Shown here: piece after piece, positions 11,553 through 28,455 of the stretch
Layout of the letters: the number at the start of each line of letters is the position of its first letter
How positions within the stretch are numbered: position 1 is the first letter of the stretch
Source: Octopus sinensis
Taxonomy: Eukaryota
DNA length: 64,000 nucleotides
Assembly (NCBI RefSeq): GCF_006345805.1
Contig: NC_043010.1
Location: 29,202,001 to 29,266,000, forward strand
Direction: 5' to 3'
The notes under the pieces: model-generated
Told to the model about the DNA's origin: nothing
Database searches by the model: none
The model's input: only the letters and a program-made list of their open reading frames with translations
Program-made: the position numbers and the translations under genes

Positions 11553-12186
11553 CAGGACAATTGTTTCGACACATCTAGCATCGATCCCTCATTGGTGGGA
11601 CACTCAACAATTGGTGCAAATGTATCTCGTCGGGTGATAAAAAAATGCAGCTCGTTAAAATAACAGTTCCGCAATGTAACTTCCCATTTTGTAGAAAAAA
11701 ATAAAGCAGACAGACGGAGGAAATATCATCATTTATATAGAAGAGCAAAAATAAAATCACAGATGGCAAAGAAGGAAAAGCGAACACGTAATCCAGCGAG
11801 AAAAGTATTAAAGATAACCAGCAAAAAATATCGGTGTATAAACGCCCTCGGGCAAGTTGCATAGCGCGAGTACACTCGCTCATGCAAGTATCCGCAAAAA
11901 TGTGAGCATACGCATACGTGAGGTTTGGTGCACTCATGATCACAAAGCGAGTCAACTATCTACTTGGTGTTAGTAAGAACGGGGAAGTTAACAGGAAACT
12001 TAAGTCATCCATACCTTAAAGTAAATTAAATTATGTTAACGTTTATTCAAAATTCATTCCCACTGCATTGTGCGAAAGTAAATTTATTTGCGTGTAGGCA
12101 TCTCGAGAGTCGTTCAGAAATTCTATTAATGATCTTCTCGTTTATTTACAACACGTTTCTTTTGAATTATATATATATATGTATAA

Positions 12187-12231
<45 letters not shown>

Positions 12232-12355
12232 CATCTATATACACACAGGTATGTCATATTTTCCGTTTGTTGTCTTATTTAATCCTGAAAATATTATTTA
12301 TGTAGCGTAAGCACTCATTCATTTTTTTTACCTATACATACATAAAGACAGACAG

Positions 12356-12477
<122 letters not shown>

Positions 12478-12659
12478 GAAAATGTATATTTGAAAATGTA
12501 CCTAAATTTCAAAAACTCGTAACTGTTTAAAATACATTTATTTACATATATACCAAACTAGTTTCAACAATATTTTTTGTATATCAATGGCAAAAGTTTA
12601 AAGTTATGAATTAAAAAAGCATCTTTGTTTATCAATGGTAAAAGTTTAAAATTATGAAT

Positions 12660-12775
12660 TAGAAAAACATCTTTAAAAGTTTCAATATTGACAAATTAAA
12701 ATGTTTCAATATTGACAAATTAAATTGTTTCAATGTTGACAAATTAAAATGTTGCAATGTTGATAAATTAACATG
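12660..12775 (+). repeat. 24-bp minisatellite (CAATATTGACAAATTAAAATGTTT-like, 4-5 units); mirror at about 15915-16015
   Basis: Tandem degenerate units visible directly. Confidence 0.8.
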
Positions 12776-13366
12776 TTCAAAACAGATTAATTTAGCGTTG
12801 TGAATTAAGATAGGTGTAAGTTTGAATGTTCATAGCATTCAATAATATTAAAACTGTATATCAATTTGTTTGAATGTACAAAGTTCCTTAATGTTAGTGG
12901 TGGTCGACAAGTCATACCGAAAAAAACAAGGATGAAATGAAAATAGTAAAAAAAAGGAATTTGGTTTACAGTTTCTCTGATCCTCTTCTAGTAGACGCTT
13001 TCGCTTGTAGTGGTATGTTTTGGGATCGGATGTATTTATAATTTTTTTCCACGAACTGATCTAAATTTTGATTCGTTAAAATACTGGTGACGTTTTTTTT
13101 TTTCCGTGGTCAAGCTTGTCGTTCTGCTTGGTTGGTTTCCCTGTGGAGACGGTCATAAGTCGTTCCGGTGTGTTGGTTCTCTTAAAGGGTCATTTCGTTT
13201 TATTTGTTGAAGTTCGGTTTTGATTGGTCTGGAGTTAGGTGACATCAGCAACTGGTGTTTGTAAAATTTCATTGGACTAGAGGTAGGTGACATCAGCAAC
13301 TGGTGTTTGTATGGTGATATGGAGTTGCAGTTTCGGAACCCGGATGGAAGATTGTTACTAAAGTTT

Positions 13367-15550
13367 TTACCAAATATGAGATTCCGAAGGTGATAAATTT
13401 CTCACATAAAACCCTTTCGAACTAGGAAATCAAAATTCTTGTATCCCAACACCACAAAGGTCGAACTTAAATGATATACAAAACGATATCCAAGAATTCT
13501 GCAGAAAACTTCGCATCACTGAAGAACTGCTGGATAAAAATAATAATGATCAATCAATCCTTCATAATAAAAGTAACTACTATCCTACTAAAGGAAGAAA
13601 TCAAACTCTGGATAACTTTTGTGATTTGATTCCCAGTTACCCCTACAATTTACTCCCACCCCGAAAATTTAAAATAAATACAAGTAGAGAAGAATGGGAA
13701 ATCATTAATAATCTCAAGGAGGATGACAACATAATTATAAAAGAAGCCGATAAGGGAGTTCTATAGTAATCATGGACTCAGAAAAATACATAAACACTAC
13801 CCTAACCCTCCTTCAAGACAGTACTTACTATGAAAAAATCAACAACTACAGTGACTCCAAGATAATTACCAAACTGTCTACCCGTATCCACCAGTTCCAA
13901 CAAGGTCTAACAAAAAAAGAGACAGATTACTTGACTAGATTTGACTGCAAAACCAGTAATTTCTATGGCCTTCCCAAACTCCCCAAAAGTGAGGCCATAA
14001 ACGAAGCCTGTAACAAATCAACTTCTATAGTCATAAATATTCAAATATTCCACACCCGAGAGATCTCAAAATTAGACCAATTGTGTCTGGTCCCTCGTGT
14101 GAGACACACAGACTCGGTAACTTTATTGACGTACTCCTCAAACCTATTCTCCAACATATACCGAGCTTTATACGAGATGATCTGGACTGTTTAAACCATC
14201 CCCCGAACAAAACCAGCAAGGACTCCCTCCTGGTTTCATTCGATGTAATAAACCTCTAGACCTCGTTTCCTCACGAATACGAAATAATAGCCATACAATA
14301 CTGGTTGGAAAAATTCCCAAATGACATTCCTGAGCGAATCAGAAAAGAATTCATCGTTGAAGGAATAAAATTCATCCTACAGAACAACTGCTTCTATTTC
14401 AACGAAAACGCTTATAGACAAAAATCGGGCACGGCGATGGGAACGAGGGTGGTGCCTACTTTTGCCAACCTTGTCATGGCATACTTGGAAGTCCAAAAAT
14501 ACGAACGCGCTAGATTGAAATTTGGAGACAACTTCCAAAAATACATACTCACCAACTGGAAACGCTACCTGGATGACTGTTTTATCCTGTGGCTACATAA
14601 TATTGAACAACTCTCAAAATTTAAAATCTTAATCAACAGCATTAACCACAGTATCCAGTTTACAATGGAATACAACTACAAACAACTACCCTTCCTGGGC
14701 ATCTAAATAATAAAGAAAGATACTGAAACCGATATCTTCAAACCAACGGACTCAAGACAATATCTCCTCTTCTCCTCTTGCCACCCAAGACATACTAAAA
14801 TAAATATACCGTTCAACTTGGCGAGAAAAATTTGCACGATTACATCAAATCCCGAAACCCGAGAAAAGCTACTCCACGAACTTAACAACACATTACTGGA
14901 TAGTCTAATCAAAAATGGAATAAAACGTGCAAAAATGATAGACATCCAAGAGTTAAGGAAAAAAGAAAACACCATGACACACTTAAAACACTATCTTACG
15001 TATCAACACACAATCCAAAAAACATGGAAGCATACAACATCACCCACCAAAACATACTCCTCCTTATGAAGGACCCGCGAATGAAAAAGGCACTAGAAAC
15101 ACATAGGATTATTAAAAGCAACAGACAACCGCAATCCCTAAAACGATTACTCACCAGCGCCAAATTACCTACCAAAATTACATCCCCACAAGTCACAAAG
15201 TGTAACCACCCTAACTGCGGAACTTGCATCTTCCTCTTAGAGGGCTCAACATGCAAATTTAAGTCAGGTCAAACTTTTACCATCAAATATGATTTCACCT
15301 GTGCTTCGAAGAACTTAATCTATGTTCTCAAATGTGGAGGTTATGGCGGTGACTACATTGGTCAAACTAGCTTAACTTTGAATGATAGACTTACGGTGCT
15401 CAGGCAACAAATCTGGGACTCCACCACTAGGAAAATTCCCGTAAGCAAGCACCTAGCCCAATGCCCCGTAGGCATAAACTCTAAATACCAAATCTTCCCT
15501 CTATCTGTCAATGCACTGGAAAAACTTCAACCCAATTCCGTTTAAATAAG
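13367..15550 (+). mobile_element. Neptune-type Penelope-like element ORF (RT plus C-terminal GIY-YIG), 5'-truncated, frameshifted
   Basis: IIIKEADKG, FYGLPK, GTAMGT..PTFANLVMAYLE, WKRYLDD, then C..PNCGTC...FTCASKNLIYVLKC...YIGQT..L..RL. The Cys-rich linker is typical of Neptune. Confidence 0.88.
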
Positions 15551-15677
15551 GAAAACATACTGATTAAAAAGTTATAAAGGACAACTGAATATCCTTTAGA
15601 AAGAAGAAAAAGCAGTAAAAAGAAAAGAAAAAGACTCAATTTCAACACAAAAAACAACCAGGAACAACAATATTTTT

Positions 15678-18735
<3,058 letters not shown>

Positions 18736-20644
18736 ATCGGACCGGTTCCATAGTTTATTATCAAAATCTCCTAGGGTTCTACGCGCGGCTAATATTATGT
18801 CAGTTTCGTATCTAGAAAGATCAGAAATATTTCTAGCATAGATTAAAGTTTTATTTAAGAGGATAGGGTTAATGTTGGCGTAATATCACTCGGTGTCTAG
18901 TTGAATGAATTTACTGTGTTTATTAGTATGTAGATAGTTAAACCACCCGATTACATGTTATATGTCGGATCACAGTGCTAAAGTGCTTTTCGATATAAGT
19001 TTAGACATAACTCTATCTATTATCGTCTTACTAATCCTCCCAATGTCCGATTTCGAGGGGCAGATTCGTCTAACTGAGGGGACAATCCTAAAATTCAGTT
19101 TATAGGATTTCTGTTTTATCTGAGGTTTCCGTGGTACATAATAATGTTCAGTCCTGTCGTGTAATTTTAGGATATTTATTTTATATAGTGTGTCAGTTTG
19201 TGCATGTCTGTATTTGCCTCATAGTTCTGTACATATATATAATGTATGTGTGTATGTAAATACGTGTGTGTGTGAGTATGTACATATATATATAGTTACT
19301 CGAAACATTAACAAAGAGAAAACACAACAACGCAAGGATGTGGAACAAGTATAGTGTTATTGGACGCTCAGGAGAAAGGGAAGAAGAAGAAGAAGAAGAA
19401 GAAGAAGAAGAAGAAGAAGAAGAAGAAGAAGAAGAAGAAGAAGAAGAAAGTAAATGAAATAAAGAAAAATGAATATATATATATAAAGATAAAAGTAACA
19501 GTAATTGAAAACAGCGGGAAGGAGAGTTAAGTCCATTACGAATGAAGAAATGGAACATTTTGGAGTGGTTAATCTTGTTGAGTTCTTGTCAAAAGATGAC
19601 CTGTTGACATGAGGCCATCTATTCAGTTCTCACAGGTGATATGGTGTACACACACACACACACACACATATGTAGAGACTTTTTGAAGTGATGTATAGAT
19701 ATTGTATATTGAGAATAACAAGGTAGTCAGACTGTTGGATTACTATACATATTTTTATTTGCATTTTTGGTGACCCGTGTGAAAGGTATCGTGACAGGCA
19801 CTTTAATTTCCAGCCTTGGTGTGGTGAAATTCCTATTCTTTCACCTAAAAAGGAAGATAAAGGTGAATGAGTGTCTGTCGCCGGATGTATACAAGAAAAT
19901 ATGGAATATTGTAGCAAGAATGGTAGGAGTAAACGTCTCCGATTAAGAGTGTCCTGAAAGTCTTCCCAAAGGTAGCAGTGGCGGACCGGGGCTTGCGGGG
20001 CCGAAAGCAGAACCCGTTCCCCACTTCATTGTTTGTCATTCGAATTTGCTTTCTAGATTTTTTATTCGTTTTTCCATATTTCCTGTGACTTTATTACCGA
20101 CCACCATGAATTAATTGCGACTTTTTTTCTAGCCAAAATTGTGACTTTATTACTGGTCACCATATGCCATAACCGGTTATATGTTGCATGACGGCATGGA
20201 AATATACTCAGCTGTAGAAACTAAGTTAAATGATACGTTTGAAATTTTGAGGAGCAGAGGCTCCCAATAAGAAATGACACTGAGCGTGACGATCCATTCA
20301 ACCCATGTCAGCATGGAAAAGAGGCATAAAATGAGTGTGTGTGTGTGCGCGCGCGTGTGCTTGCGAATGCGTGTATTTATATTCATGCGAGTGTATACTA
20401 TAGATATTTTTATGTTTTCATTTTAGGTACATTCTACATGGCGGCCTCATTTGTGGTTTTTCCGGCGACATATAGACGCTGAATAGTTATTACTTCCAAA
20501 GAAAAACCATATTGGATATAACAATTGTTGTACTCAAAATAAATTGCAAAATGGATTATTTTGTAGTAATACTTCATCACATGAAACTATTTTCTGCTCT
20601 TAGTGGCTGCTTGTTTATATTTATATGCAAACATTTTAATTATT

Positions 20645-20769
20645 AACAATTGCAGCGTGGAAGGTGTTTATAAGCCATTTAAGAAACACACAAAAGCCGT
20701 TCGATTCACTTCAACGGCTTTTGTGTGTTTCTTAAATGGCTTATAAACACCTTCCACGCTGCAATTGTT
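20645..20769. repeat. Perfect 57-bp-arm palindrome with 11-nt loop
   Basis: 20645-20701 is the exact reverse complement of 20713-20769; loop cgattcacttc. Confidence 0.95.
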
Positions 20770-21055
20770 TTCGTTTCAGCACACGATCTCAGATCAAATT
20801 ACTTGCTATGCGAGTACATCTCCGTAATTTTAATTATTGTTTCCCAAATAAAATCTCAGTTCAGGTTATACATTTACATTTTAACCATTATTGCGCTTTG
20901 CAGAGTGCGGACGTCTTTAGACATGACTCTGTGAAAGAGATGTATTACTGAGTTTTTTTACTAGATGCAGAATCTTGTGCTGTGGGAAGACGGGAATATT
21001 ACGCTTTGTATCATATCTTGAGGTGAAAACAAAGGATTTTGGCACTTCTTAAATA

Positions 21056-21397
21056 CAGAGGTCCCGGCGCATCTAAAGGGGAGGTAATCTAGTTTTACTA
21101 TAACTACTGTGACTTCACATAAGCAGCCCTTGTGTAAGTAGAAACTAAAAACTAACCCTAACCCGCAGAGGTAAGAACACGTACTCCACCTGTTTTTTGC
21201 GTAACCCTAACTCAACTCTAAAACTAACCCTAACAGGTGTGCACTGTAAAAACATCAGATTAAAAACAGACGAAATTGTGGGAAAAAAAGCTCGGAGTAA
21301 AAACAGGCGATATTGTGAGGCCCCTTACATCATTTAGTTTTGGTAAAACTAGATTTCCTCCCCTTCACATCGTTACGGAGATGCATCGTGATCTCTG
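21056..21397. mobile_element. MITE, Tc1/mariner-like (TA|CAGAG...CTCTG|TA), with internal TAACCC motifs
   Basis: Terminal cagaggtc/gatctctg flanked by TA; subterminal inverted repeat aggggaggtaatctagttttac/gtaaaactagatttcctcccct; ctaaccctaac occurs twice internally. Confidence 0.65.
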
Positions 21398-21470
21398 TAT
21401 TTAAGTAGAGCTATGTTGTTTTCATTGGATATGTTTTGATTTATCTGTAAATATTTCCCTTTGGGATCTT

Positions 21471-21675
21471 TTCAATTTGATGGCCAGATTTTTTAATTAA
21501 TTTTTTTTTAAACTAAACACTTTGAAGCTTCGGATACTGGTAAACGTGTCACATAGAACAGTGTTTACTCTTAACGTTTTTGACAAAATTTTGTATTTTA
21601 GAAGTTATTTCATGTTAAAGTTTCGAAGTGTTTAGTTTTAAAAAATTAATTAAAAAATCTGGCCATCAAATTGAA
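21471..21675. repeat. About 58-bp inverted repeat with about 87-bp spacer
   Basis: 21471-21530 vs 21618-21675 (ttcaatttgatggccagattttttaattaa.../...ttaattaaaaaatctggccatcaaattgaa). Confidence 0.85.
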
Positions 21676-23625
21676 TTTCTTGTGCATGTCTTCTTTTTCG
21701 TCTGCTGATCACTCCTCCAAGAAATTTTGATAGACCTTCAAAAATTTTGTAAACACAAATATACAGGAACCAACAAATTTGATAAACAGAAAGACAAAAT
21801 GGCTAGACATAAACAAGAAAACAGACATTTGCACTACACATAAATAAAAAAAAAATTCGAAGATAGGCAAATTAAGACTGTTTTAAAGGCAGTCAATCTT
21901 TTGGTAATGTTACCTACGGAAAAACCACCTTAAATATCAAAAAGATAATGGGATATGAGACTGATGTATCACAGCATCTTCTATCTCATTACATGATGGT
22001 TTTATTGCAGAAAAAAAAGGGAGGAAAAAAGTAGTATGAACTTAGACTAAAGGTAAGAAGGAGAGGCCCACTTCTCTGAATTAGCATAAAGTTCACGGTT
22101 GTTCGAAACGAAATTAAAGAATTTAATGGGACTGCTTATAAAGAAGAAAGACACATCTTAGAAGAACAGAATGGAGTAAGTGGAATACACACGAAAACGA
22201 AATGTGTCGCTGAAGAGATCACAGATATATCAAAACATTTCCGGACAATTGACATGAATTGAAATAATAGAATAAGAGCAGTAATAAACGAGCGAAGAAA
22301 ATATATATAGTGCGTGTGTTTATTTGGCAAAAAAAATGACCGTCCGAAATACAACAATATATATTTCTACACACGATTTCATATCAGGAATCTTGTAAAA
22401 CGAATTGATAACGGTAAAAGAAACTATATAGCGATTGGATAGGAGGAAAGGGCAGAAGATATTGTGACAGCAGAGAAAATAGGAGACGAATATCAATTCA
22501 CCATCCCACTTCCAAATGACAGACACTTGATAGATGACATCATACCAACGTGTGTGTGTGTGTGCCTGCAAGCGAAACCAAATTTGTTCTATCAGACTTT
22601 TTGGTAAAGTATTTTGACATTTAGTTTATTATTCTAAATGGCCTTATCATGTTCCCATGGACTCGACACTTGGACATAGTAGATATATACAAGTATGCAT
22701 AAATACATACATGTGTGAGTGGTATGATTTTTCAGCAAGTAGCTTAGCACTTAATCAGTTATGAGTAAGTACGTTATTATAATAACAACCACAAAAATGC
22801 CTTGTAAAATACAGCTACCCAGAGTTAGACATTCTGAAAAGATAATCAGTTATCTTCTCGGTACTAATCAGGAGACATCAGGACGAGGATGTCAGCCACA
22901 GCACCAAATGAAAGATCCTAAGATCAAAACATATTAACGAGTCAAAAAGATGTTCTATATGCTTGCTTGAAAAAGTGTATCTTAAAAAAAAAAACTAAGA
23001 ACTTCCTGTGACTGCATAAATAACCAGGAGAAAGATTTTTTTTTTGTCATGTCTGCAATTTGCAAAATACATAATACATCTTGGCGGGAATTAAGGATAA
23101 ACCATCAGACACATCCTAATGCATTCCAGTGTTGGTTTATGTAATCATATCTATAAAAGGGAGGATGTGTGTGTGTGCGTGTGTGTGTGTGTATGTGTGT
23201 GTTCGTGATTGTAATTTATGCACGTCCACAAATTAGCACGCATGTCGCTCAAATTTTAGGAGGACGTTTGTCAACATCCTATCTGGGTTTTGTCGACTTA
23301 TTTTTTTCCCGAGGCACCCGCGGATAGGGTAAAAATCTATTTTCAACCATAACAAATATCAGCCATTGCTTTTTGATGGCGTCTAACAAAAAAAAAGATA
23401 AAGAAAAGTGGAAGAAGGAGGCAGAGAGTTTCACGGGAAAGACAACGTGAGAAAGGGAGAGAGAGAGAGTATGGGACTACGTTCATAAAAATTAAAATGT
23501 AAAATGTTTTGTTTTTGAAAGGCACACTATATTTTATAATCATAGTATATATACTTTCTCACACAACAATTACAATATATTTATTTTAAATCATTTATTT
23601 ATTTTAAATCGTTCATCTTTCTCCA

Positions 23626-23656
<31 letters not shown>

Positions 23657-25851
23657 ACACGCATTACTTTGGGTGCGAAAGAGTTGTTTTTATTTTACAC
23701 CGAGTAAAAAAGTGTTTTGTTGACAGTCCATTTATTTAACAACAAAGAAACAAAGAGGTGAGTAACAATTTGTCAGCGAATTACACAATATAAATAGGTA
23801 CAATTTGCGAGGCTTCCACCACACCCCACTCTGTTTCACGGACCACAAAAAGGGTTTTGAGGCCAGAGTAGTTGATTCCATGCAAAAAAAAATGATTTTT
23901 TAAAATTGTAAATCGTGCGAGTGTTAATCTACAAATTTAACATTTTTTCCATTCATTTCTGTTTACAAACATGTATGCGTGCACAAAACATGCAATAGGT
24001 GTACGTACATACGTGTGTGTATGTGTGTTCGTGTCTGTTGCCCATACATATTTATGTTATATTATATATGTCGTTTCGTTTCTTTTCTCCAAGTAAGTTT
24101 TTATATATACTTAAGACGCGAACTCTGTGATCCTTTGCTTGACCTTTCCTTCCTCTTTTTCACCCTTTCTGGTTTCCTTTCCGCTCTACCTCTCTCTCTC
24201 TCACTCCTCCTCATCTCTCTCTCACTGCCTAGTCAACTACCTACTTCCTTTCACTGGCAGCTCTGAATTTATCCATCGTCTAGGCTTAAGACAGCCCTTA
24301 ATGTTTGTTTTTTTGTCCTGTTTTTATTCTTTATGTGTACTGTATTTTTTTGTATTTGTATTTTATTTTGTATTTGTAATTGTATTTTATTTGTATTGCT
24401 TTTACGTCCTGTTCTTGTCACATTTTTTTCTTTCCTTGTTTTTACCCCTCTGCAAAGGAATTTATTTTAATTCTTTCTCAGGAAAGACTGGATCGAAGGG
24501 TCGTGTCCTGTCCTTACCTTCGAAACATGCATTGAGTCGATCCAGGGACAGCTGATGAAGGGGAATATTCCTTGTATTGTTTGTCTTGTACTCTGTTTTT
24601 TCGTTGTTAAAAAAAGTCCGTTTCCTAGTTGTTTTTATGCTTTCGTTTCTCGTTGTGTTCTACGTTTATTTGTGGTGTCCTGTATTCACACACAGATATA
24701 TATATATGCATGTATATATACATGTAGATGTAGGTACGTACATATATGTATGCATATATTTTATTTATTAAATTATATATATATATATAACATATATATA
24801 TAATATAACTAATTTCAATGGATTTCGCCCAAATTTGACGTCTATATTACTTAGTTTGGTTTGAAATAAAGAACTTAATTAGCTTAATAATCGTAACTTA
24901 ATCCCGGGCAAGGCCAAGTTATACTGCTAGTTTTTTATATTCGTAGGACATTTATGGCCAGTTAATTATCTCCCCTTGATTTCTCTCTCTCTTTTTCTAA
25001 ATGAATACGTTCATCCAAAAATCAATTGCATCGAACGCAATTACTGTTTTGTTTTTACCAAGTTGCTAAATGGGTAAATAGATTAATATTTTGATCAGGA
25101 AACACTGGGTAATTGTTTTACACAAGGTTTTTGTGGACACACACACAAAGCAGCAGTGTGGATCAAAGATCAAAGTAATGATGTATACATTATTTTTACT
25201 GCTTTCCTGCACACTGCTTCATGAATGGCATTTGCTGAAATATTTTGTCTCGGGGAATAAATTCATCCTCCATAGAGTTTGAGTAAAAACACAGCAATTT
25301 CCAGATGACATCACCGAACAACCAGAAGTTCTTCAACATAATTTCACCTACTCAGTAATAGATACTATGGTCATTTGAACCTAGATGGGAACTTCTGTTC
25401 ATATACAGAAAACAGTAAAAGAAAATATTTGCTGCTGTATGCTAAGTTTGCCAAACTGGAACAGAAGAACCTGTCTAGTTTCAGCCAACCGAATTAGTAT
25501 CTCTCATTGAGGAGGCAAAATCACACAGCAACATGCTGTCTGGCATTCTGCTGATGTTGTTTGAAACACGATGTATCTTTACACACTACATTTAAAGGTT
25601 TGTTCTCCTAGACAGCATTTTGGCAGCGAATGCCATTTCACAATCTAGTTTATAAAAACATATTTTAAAAAAATAATAGACAAATCATTTTACACACACA
25701 CACAATATTTTAGTTATTAAAACACTGTGTACCTGCAGTTGTACTAAATCACAACTATTCTCTTCTGATACTAGAAAAATGTATGATCCAAACATTGTGC
25801 AATTTCGATTTGAAACTCAGCTGAAAAAGTCAAGAAAGATGATGAATAGAA

Positions 25852-28415
25852 CAGGCTTGCCGAACCTGGTACTATTGTACCAAATTTGGTACTTTTGGTG
25901 TGCAGTAATCTTTTAGTACTACGCTGCAATAATTTGGTATCTTTTTTCGAATTTTTTTGCTTTATGTAAAAAAAAACAAGTTTACAGCATAAGTGAACAA
26001 TATAACAATAAATACATTACATTACTATTGGACTAATTATTTTATATCAAAATATATTTTGCGACATCTTATAATGAGGCAGTTTATAGCTAATTGGTGG
26101 CTAGTTGATATAGAACGTATTCAATACGTATATCATATGTACCATCCAATATCACCGGCTTGCTGCCTCTAATGCCAGTCAGTAGCCTGTTTTATACATA
26201 AGTGACAAGTGCTTCCTTACTATCTTGTTAAACTTTTATCAGTTATAAGTGATTTATAACCCTTATGATGAGCAAGAATATGAAAGATAAACAGGGTGAT
26301 AAAACTGACTAAGATTTAACTCTGCCAAAGAAACGAATTAAACAATATAATCATACATTTATCGAAAACTTTTATTGGATTCTCGATTTTCATCATGGTT
26401 AGAACCAAGTAAAACAAATATCGAAAGATATTGTGAAATTCAAGGCAGTGTAACTCATCGGGGGAGGCACGGAAAAATGGATAAACATATTAAAAATATT
26501 AATTCAGAAAATAAAAGTGGAAAACTGACCGACTTTTTGCAGTCTGCAACTTCTGTTCATATTACAAACGTAACAGCTGCGGAACCTAAGCTTTGTTCCT
26601 TCATTGCACAACATAACTTACCAGTGAGACTTATGGATCATTTACCTGGACTAATTCAGACTGCATGTCCTGATTCCAAAATAGCTACTCAAATATATAA
26701 AAATGTTTTAGGCCCTTATTACTTTGAAAACCTCAATAAACAGTTAAAAGAGTGCAAGTTTTCATTAATTGTTGATGAAACTCCTGATGTAAGTACAAAA
26801 AAAACAGCTTGTTCTGTTAGCTAGATTTTATGATTGTAGCACTCAAAAAATTATTGATAGTTATTTCATTCTTTTGAAAGCCAAGGATTGCTCTGCTAAT
26901 AGAATTTTTTCCTCTATTAAAAGATTCTTCACCTTATATGATATTCCTTTTGAAAATTTGATAGTATTTGCCAGTGATTTGTGTCTGTCACTCTATGCAT
27001 ATCTGTGCATCAAAGGCATGTTCAAATTTACCTTCATATTTAGAAGAGATTGCTAGAAGCATAAATCTATTCTTCTCAAATAGCTCAGAGACTGCAGGAA
27101 TATCAAGAATTTCTGGCATTTACTCAAACAAATCCTCACAAGTTATTACATGTAAGTTGTACAAGGTAGCTATCTTTCGAACAAGTTGTCAAAAGAATAC
27201 TAGAACAGTGACCTGCTCTAGTGTAATTGTTTACTACTGTTGTTTTGAAGGTAACAACAGTACAGCTTCAAATGTACTGAACTCATTAACAAATCCAATC
27301 CCAGAAATTTATTATGCATTTTTAGCATATATTTTGATAGATATTATTAAATTGAACTTAGATTTCCAGTCAGAAAGCTATAGAATGCACAAACCTATTA
27401 CATGTGCTGTTGAGAGAATACTTGGTAATTTTGTTAAAAAAGAAACTGTGGAAAAATAAAGAGCTACATGAAATTAACTTCAATGATCCATCAGTGTATC
27501 TTCACATAACTGAAATTTACAGAGGAGCAAAAGTTGAAAGCATCTACATAAAGAAAGCTTCATCTGTCAGTACAGCTGAATTGAAACAATACATTTTTAT
27601 GTGTGCCTTGGGAAGGAATTTTTGCAGTGCTTCTTTGCACATGATTTATTCCATAATCTGAAGCTTCTAGAGGCACTGGACCCAGTTAGTGTTCATGATT
27701 GCAATGGTCCAAGTTCAATTGTTCCTCTGGTATGCAAATTTCCAAAACATTGTTCAGGAGAGTCAGATTGAAGCTCTTAATAAAGAATAGAGAGAACTTA
27801 AACTTCAAGATAACAATGGCATAACTGAAGCTACCAAACTAAAAGATTATTGGCGTAAAATTTCAAAAGAAAAATGTGGAGATGAAGCTCATTAGCCAGT
27901 CCTATCATGCTTTATGTTTCAGCTCCTATCATTACCACATTCTTCAGTTGCAGATGAGAGAATATTTTCAGTCCTAAATAACATTAAAGTCAAGAATAGG
28001 TCTAAGCTGCATACCCAAACGATCAATGTTCTGCTACATTCAAAAAGTCTTTTTCATGATGTAAACTGCACAACTTAACACTCTACGCAGAGGTTTGTGC
28101 TAAATTAAAAGAAGGACAAGGAGATTGGTACAAAGAGGAACCCCACCCTGTTGATGATGCAACCTTCTAATCATAAAGTGAGTACATTAAAGGTCACTTT
28201 AAAATAAAGCCTTGTATACTCTTTTTCATGTTTCAGTCATTTGACTGTGGCCATGCTGGTGCCTTTAGTCAAAATAATTGACCTCAGGACTTATTCTTTG
28301 TAAGCCTACTATTTATTCTGTCGATCTCTTTTGCCAAACCACTAAATTTCGGGGATATAAACACACCAACGTCAGTTGTCAAGTGATGGTGGGGGGATAA
28401 ACACAAAGGCACACA

Positions 28416-28455
<40 letters not shown>

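Noticed and set aside
12960-13010. HHR-like text in the Neptune pLTR (minus strand ctagaagaggatcagagaaac; cgaaagcgtc)
   Set aside because: The core is broken and no consistent three-stem fold can be drawn.
12660-13315. CRISPR-like array (24-bp repeats; 28-bp direct repeat taggtgacatcagcaactggtgtttgta twice)
   Set aside because: The 24-mers are head-to-tail with no unique spacers, the 28-mer occurs only twice, there are no cas genes, and the context is eukaryotic.
13367-15550. Selenoprotein or read-through interpretation of PLE stops
   Set aside because: Interruptions are mixed TAA/TAG stops and frameshifts; the domain order is C-terminal EN, not Naiad-like; no SECIS is evident.
19630-20040. 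Possible APE endonuclease remnant (LLIGDVYSYH, DTHSPL)
   Set aside because: Motif spacing is wrong and the similarity is too weak to support by eye.
21140-21235. Interstitial telomere or chromosome-fusion site
   Set aside because: Only a few TAACCC-like units, all inside a TIR-bounded MITE.
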